NCBI GenBank assembly: GCA_965216875.1
Contig: OZ244207.1
Location: 7,424,001 to 7,488,000 of the forward strand
DNA from: Rubripirellula sp.
GTDB taxonomy: Bacteria > Planctomycetota > Planctomycetia > Pirellulales > Pirellulaceae
Reading direction: 5' to 3'
DNA: 64,000 nt
This document shows positions 59,807-64,000 of the stretch, one piece after another; position 1 is the first letter of the stretch, and each line of letters begins with the position of its first letter. The notes beneath the pieces were generated by a model. That model was not told where the DNA came from. It searched no databases and saw only the letters and a list, made by a program, of their open reading frames with translations. The translations under genes were made by a program, and so were the position numbers.

Positions 59807-60901
59807 TTGACAGCGCCCAGCACAGAAACCACGCGACCGGCTGGCATGGATGCAAGCACCTCGCAATCGGAACCATTGACCATGCTCTCGCAAGTAAGTG
59901 AGTTGGTTGATGAGGAACTCGCCAGCGTCGACTGGAGTCAAACCTTTGACCTCTCGGCCGATCGAATTGAACGGGAAGTGACTGCGCTCGAGAAGGTGCG
60001 GTTGAGCGACGAGATTGAGTATTGGGTGAACCGATACGGCGAGGTCGGCGAGCGTCATCCCTATTTGTGGGCTTGGTGTCGACAAGGGGTCGAGCTGACC
60101 ACGTTGGACAGCGTCCAAGACGAACACTTCGACAGGGTGTGTGACACCAAGCTGCTGGGCGTCATGTTTGACGTGCTTGTCGATGACGTCGCAGATCAAG
60201 GTGGTGACAAGGAGCTGCTTGATCAGCTGATCGCGATCACCACGGGGACTTGTCACGCTCCGAATACTGGTAATGAACAGACAGACGCGTACGTGACGCT
60301 CGCCATCGATGTTTGGCAGGAGATTCAACGACGCGTCCACTCGTTGGCTCGCCACGCCGAGTTCGCCGATGTGCTCGCCTACGACTACGCACAGTTGATG
60401 AATGCGATGCGGTATTCGCATCTGCTCAACAAGACGCCGTCGATGTTGAATCTGGCTGAACACGATCTGTACTTGCCTCATAACATGCACATGATGGTTT
60501 CCGCCACAATCGACTTGATGGCCTCGCCTAGCTTCGACGCCAGCGAAATCGGGCGGCTTCGCGAGGCGATTTGGCATTCTCAATACATGGGGCGAATTGG
60601 AAATCTCGTTACCACATGGAAACGCGAATTGCACGAGGGCGATTACACCAGTGGTGTGTTTGCTCATGCGGTGATTCATGGGCAACTTTCACTTGACCAA
60701 CTACGGGGTGGCGACCGAGAAACCGTGGCTCGTTCCATCGTTAACGGTGGACACGAAGATCATTTTTTAGCGAAGTGGCAGCAACATCGTCGCGATTTGA
60801 TCGGACTGCAAAAGGCGATCGAGTCAGTTGACTTGAAGCCGCTCATCGAGGGGCTTCAACGATTGATCTGTTTGCACTTGGCTAGCCGCGGGCGCAAGTA
60901 A
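59807..60901 (+). CDS. Class I terpene synthase / isoprenoid-synthase-fold protein (divergent)
   Basis: All-helical-looking protein of about 340-364 aa with DDVAD (DDxxD, nt 60182-60196) and RIGNLVTTWKRE (NSE/DTE-like, nt about 60593-60628). It lies directly upstream of ispH. The start could be 59807, 59846 or 59882. Confidence 0.65.
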   Translation: MTAPSTETTRPAGMDASTSQSEPLTMLSQVSELVDEELASVDWSQTFDLSADRIEREVTALEKVRLSDEIEYWVNRYGEVGERHPYLWAWCRQGVELTTLDSVQDEHFDRVCDTKLLGVMFDVLVDDVADQGGDKELLDQLIAITTGTCHAPNTGNEQTDAYVTLAIDVWQEIQRRVHSLARHAEFADVLAYDYAQLMNAMRYSHLLNKTPSMLNLAEHDLYLPHNMHMMVSATIDLMASPSFDASEIGRLREAIWHSQYMGRIGNLVTTWKRELHEGDYTSGVFAHAVIHGQLSLDQLRGGDRETVARSIVNGGHEDHFLAKWQQHRRDLIGLQKAIESVDLKPLIEGLQRLICLHLASRGRK

Positions 60902-60913
60902 AGGAGACCCAAC

Positions 60914-61894
60914 ATGAAGATCATGCTTGCAGCACCGCGCGGTTTCTGTGCCGGTGTCAGGATGGCAACCGAGAGCCTGAAGAGGGCTCTCGATCTTTAC
61001 GGCGCCCCCGTCTTGGTTTATCACGAAATCGTCCACAACAATTGGATCGTCGACCAATTCGAAAATGCTGGTGTCGTCTTTATCAACGACATCAATGAAG
61101 CACCACGCGGAAGTGTCGTGATGTTCAGCGCTCACGGGGTTGCACCCGAGATTCGACAACGTGCTGCTGAGCTTGAGTTGACCACGATCGATGCGACCTG
61201 CCCACTGGTGCGTAAAGTGCACGACGAAGCAACTCGCTTCTCGCAGCAGGGCTTTACCGTCTTTTTGATTGGGCACGCTGGTCACGACGAAGTGGTCGGC
61301 ACGCTCGGCATTTCTGATCGTATCCACTTGGTCGAATCGATCGATGACGTCGATCAACTCACGGCAGAAGATCCCAGTAAGACCGCGTATGTAATGCAGA
61401 CGACGCTGAGCGTTGATGATTCGCAGAGAATCGTCGATCGTTTGCGTGAGCGTTTTCCGAGTGTCGTCGCGCCACCGAAGCAGGACATCTGCTACGCGAC
61501 TCAGAATCGCCAAGAAGCGGTCCGCGAGCTCGGACATGAGGCGGATGTCGTCTTGGTGGTAGGCAGCACGACAAGTTCTAACAGCACTCGTCTGAAGGAG
61601 CTTGGCGCCAGTCTCGGGCGTCCTGCCTATTTGGTAGATGGCCCCGACGACATTGATCTGAATTGGTTCACAGGCGATGAAACCGTGTTGATCACAGCGG
61701 GAGCGAGCGCACCGGAAATCTTGACGCAGCGCTGCGTCGACCGCTTGGTCAAAGCGTTCGGTGCGTCGGTCGAGGAACGTTTGCTGCGGGTCGAGCACGC
61801 GCAGTTTCCGTTGCCCATTGAGCTTCGCGAAGCGGCGGCTGCGAAGGGCTACTCCCTGGACGCGACCAACACGAGCTCGAACCTGCTTGTCTGA
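60914..61894 (+). CDS. ispH: 4-hydroxy-3-methylbut-2-enyl diphosphate reductase
   Basis: PRGFCAGV, HEIVHN, FSAHG, DATCPLV, GHAGHDEV, QTT, DICYATQNRQ, SSNS and TAGASAPE. All three Fe-S Cys are intact; AAGGAG RBS. Confidence 0.97.
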   Translation: MKIMLAAPRGFCAGVRMATESLKRALDLYGAPVLVYHEIVHNNWIVDQFENAGVVFINDINEAPRGSVVMFSAHGVAPEIRQRAAELELTTIDATCPLVRKVHDEATRFSQQGFTVFLIGHAGHDEVVGTLGISDRIHLVESIDDVDQLTAEDPSKTAYVMQTTLSVDDSQRIVDRLRERFPSVVAPPKQDICYATQNRQEAVRELGHEADVVLVVGSTTSSNSTRLKELGASLGRPAYLVDGPDDIDLNWFTGDETVLITAGASAPEILTQRCVDRLVKAFGASVEERLLRVEHAQFPLPIELREAAAAKGYSLDATNTSSNLLV

Positions 61895-61918
61895 GTCTCG
61901 TTAATGGTTCTCTTGCCC

Positions 61919-62054
61919 GTAGCTACCTTCGTCAGAAGGTGGACTGGGTTGGTAACCTGTCTCCATCACCGACAACGCTCTGGCGAGCGTAGCTACGGTG
62001 CTTGTTCAAGGTCGCTCTCGACTACCCCACGCTCTAGCGAGCGTTGCTTGCTAC
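61919..62054. repeat. GTAG-type REP doublet (same family as 9343-9418)
   Basis: GTAGCTACCTTCGTCAGAAGGTGG...ACGCTCTGGCGAGCGTAGCTAC, plus a degenerate third copy CCACGCTCTAGCGAGCGT. Confidence 0.8.
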
Positions 62055-62393
62055 GGCGTCTCGAAGTTCGGCCCCCAGACGTCTCTGCGGCTGATTCTCA
62101 CGTCGTTGATAAGAGGTTCGGATTAGCTGGACCTCGCACGCCTCTGTTGGCGTGTCAGCCTCCCCATCGCTACCGCTGCGAGGGGATTAAGCTGCAACGG
62201 TTAGGTTTGCGTCGCGGTCGCTGCTTTTGCGATCTCAAGCGACCGCAGTGATCAATCCGATTCCAGTTGCTAGACACGCGTCAATACCTGCAGCACGCCT
62301 ACCGTCTGAAGAGTCAGCCGAGGCTGTGTAATCAGGTATGAACCTCCCACACCCCAACCTAAGCCGCAAACTTTACATGATCGCACAGGTTCC

Positions 62394-63692
62394 ATGAATC
62401 AATACCGTTTCAAGTCTGTTGTCGTCTGCCTGACGCTATTGGCGAGCATGCCGACCCTTGCACATCGAGCACACGCGGACGGTGTCATTCGGGACGGTCT
62501 TGGCGCGATATCCATCGGGCGTGGCGGTACGAACATTGGACATTCGGACAATGTCGCGATCGTGCTTGAAAACCCTGCGGGCATGGTCAACATTGCCAGC
62601 GAAAAGATGGGTGGGATTGGTGTCGAACTGTTGCGAACCGACATCGACTATTCCGACCCGATGAACAACACGAGTGCGGAAGTCCAGGTCTACCCTGTCG
62701 GTCAAGTTGGCTATGTCAAACGGGACCCAATGGGACTCTGGGCGGTCGGATTTGGCGTCTTCGCACCCGCTGGATTTGGTGCAGAATGGAACGTCAACCA
62801 CGCGGTGTTTGGCCCGCAACGTCAAAAGTCGTTCGGCGCGTTGATCAAGATTCTGCCGGGATTCTCGGTTCGCATGACAGAGAAGCTTTCCGTTGGTGCG
62901 GGACTTGGCGTCGCGGTCAGTCGTACGGAACTGAGCGGTCCGTTTCACTTGCAAAGTGGACCACCGCCCTTGCCCGGTGCACCAACGTTGCTTGACATGG
63001 AAGCGACCGGAGCGGCGCTCGCGTGGAATGTGGGATTGCAGTATCAGCTGTCCGACAAAACGACTCTTGGCCTTTCCTATGTTGGCGAAACCGACGTCGA
63101 GCACTCAGGTGATGCGACAGCAACCGTTCCAATTCCTGGGTTCGGTTTGCAGACCGGTGATTTCGACGCTGATGTCAACCTTGCTTGGCCGCGGTCACTC
63201 GGGATCGGGCTGGTTCATTCACCTTGTTGTCATCATCGGTTCTCGGTCGATGCGATCTGGTATGACTGGTCCAGCGCCTTTGACGACGTCGAATTGACAT
63301 TGTCGAATCCATCGAACCCGATCTTCCTCGGTGTGTTGGGGAATTCGTTCACGGACCTGTTTCCACTTCGCTGGCGAGATTCGGTGTCGGTCCGAACCGG
63401 GTATGAGCACTTCTTTGGCAATGACAAAGTGCTGCGTACGGGGTATGTCTACCATCGAAACCCGATTCCCGACGCGACGCTTACCAATTACATCCCTGCG
63501 ATTCTCGAGCACGCGTTCTCGGTCGGCTATGGCCAGAAGGTCTGCGGCTGGAATGTGGATTTGGCGTACCAGTTCTCTTGGGGTGCTTCGCGGTCCGTGG
63601 GAACGAGCGCCATTCTTGGTGGCGACTTCGACAACAGCAGCGTCGACGCCGAAGCTCATTGGTTTGCGATCAACGTCCAGCATCGACATTGA
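62394..63692 (+). CDS. FadL/OmpP1/TodX family outer membrane transporter of hydrophobic compounds
   Basis: Signal peptide and hatch-like G.GA.SIGRGGT....DN......NPAG, plus GFGVFAPAGFG, WRDS.S.R.G.E and LRTGY.Y..NP.P. Confidence 0.85.
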   Translation: MNQYRFKSVVVCLTLLASMPTLAHRAHADGVIRDGLGAISIGRGGTNIGHSDNVAIVLENPAGMVNIASEKMGGIGVELLRTDIDYSDPMNNTSAEVQVYPVGQVGYVKRDPMGLWAVGFGVFAPAGFGAEWNVNHAVFGPQRQKSFGALIKILPGFSVRMTEKLSVGAGLGVAVSRTELSGPFHLQSGPPPLPGAPTLLDMEATGAALAWNVGLQYQLSDKTTLGLSYVGETDVEHSGDATATVPIPGFGLQTGDFDADVNLAWPRSLGIGLVHSPCCHHRFSVDAIWYDWSSAFDDVELTLSNPSNPIFLGVLGNSFTDLFPLRWRDSVSVRTGYEHFFGNDKVLRTGYVYHRNPIPDATLTNYIPAILEHAFSVGYGQKVCGWNVDLAYQFSWGASRSVGTSAILGGDFDNSSVDAEAHWFAINVQHRH

Positions 63693-63896
63693 TCCCGACG
63701 CCCGTATCAATGACTCAATCGAACGATGGTTCGATTGCGTAGACATGCGTCCAACAACTGCGGGTGAATCTTGATCAATTTGTTGTGATCGTGCGGTCGC
63801 GTAGATATAACCAGATTGGTATTCCGAGCTTACTGATCGTGTGTTTGGAATCACGCAACCGAGACGAAGCAGCATTGATTGACGAGACGACCTGTT

Positions 63897-64000
63897 ATGA
63901 AACGCTCATATACCTTCGGCGGCAAGACCGTCGAGTTGGAAGCGGTCCCCGATATGTTGGGCGTTCGCTTCAGCGAACCGGCGCCCTACAGCGCCCGAGC
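63897..64000 (+). CDS. 5' end of a CDS running off the window (product unknown)
   Basis: ATG at 63897 with an open frame MKRSYTFGGKTVELEAVPDMLGVRFSEPAPYSAR to the edge. Confidence 0.5.
   Translation, partial: MKRSYTFGGKTVELEAVPDMLGVRFSEPAPYSAR

Noticed and set aside
59711..61798. Two 324-aa minus-strand ORFs (59711-60685, 60824-61798)
   Set aside because: They are antisense shadows of the synthase and ispH genes with no recognisable motifs. The same applies to other long antisense ORFs such as 14490-15629 and 33464-34399.

Overview
A 64-kb gene-dense window from a planctomycete, probably Pirellulaceae. The basis is the DUF1501/PSD1 pair, a DUF1559 prepilin-like gene, a planctomycete extracellular (LESLEGRRLLA) motif and GTAG-type intergenic repeats. 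The left half (1-31 kb) is mostly housekeeping: amtB, lepA, a ROK kinase, a GT4 glycosyltransferase, an hpf-ptsN-ptsH-ptsI-TIGR03936-rne cluster and an agmatine deiminase, separated by several families of REP-like palindromes. The right half (31-64 kb) looks accessory. It holds a BlaI/BlaR1 pair, a signal-peptide-less beta-helix/dockerin protein, an RND-MFP-TolC pump and a two-Hpt hybrid kinase. It also holds an ABC-less TolC + short SecA + 2x HlyD + M50/HlyD secretion operon. The most novel-looking locus is at 53.6-63.7 kb. There a class I terpene-synthase-fold gene sits 12 nt upstream of an intact ispH, between two outer-membrane barrels (one FadL-like), and divergent from a multi-TM/HAMP hybrid kinase plus a REC-HD-GYP phosphodiesterase. 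I infer, untested, that this may be an isoprenoid make/transport/sense circuit wired to c-di-GMP. All family calls come from reading motifs by eye; no searches were run. No rRNA, tRNA, CRISPR or transposase was recognised.
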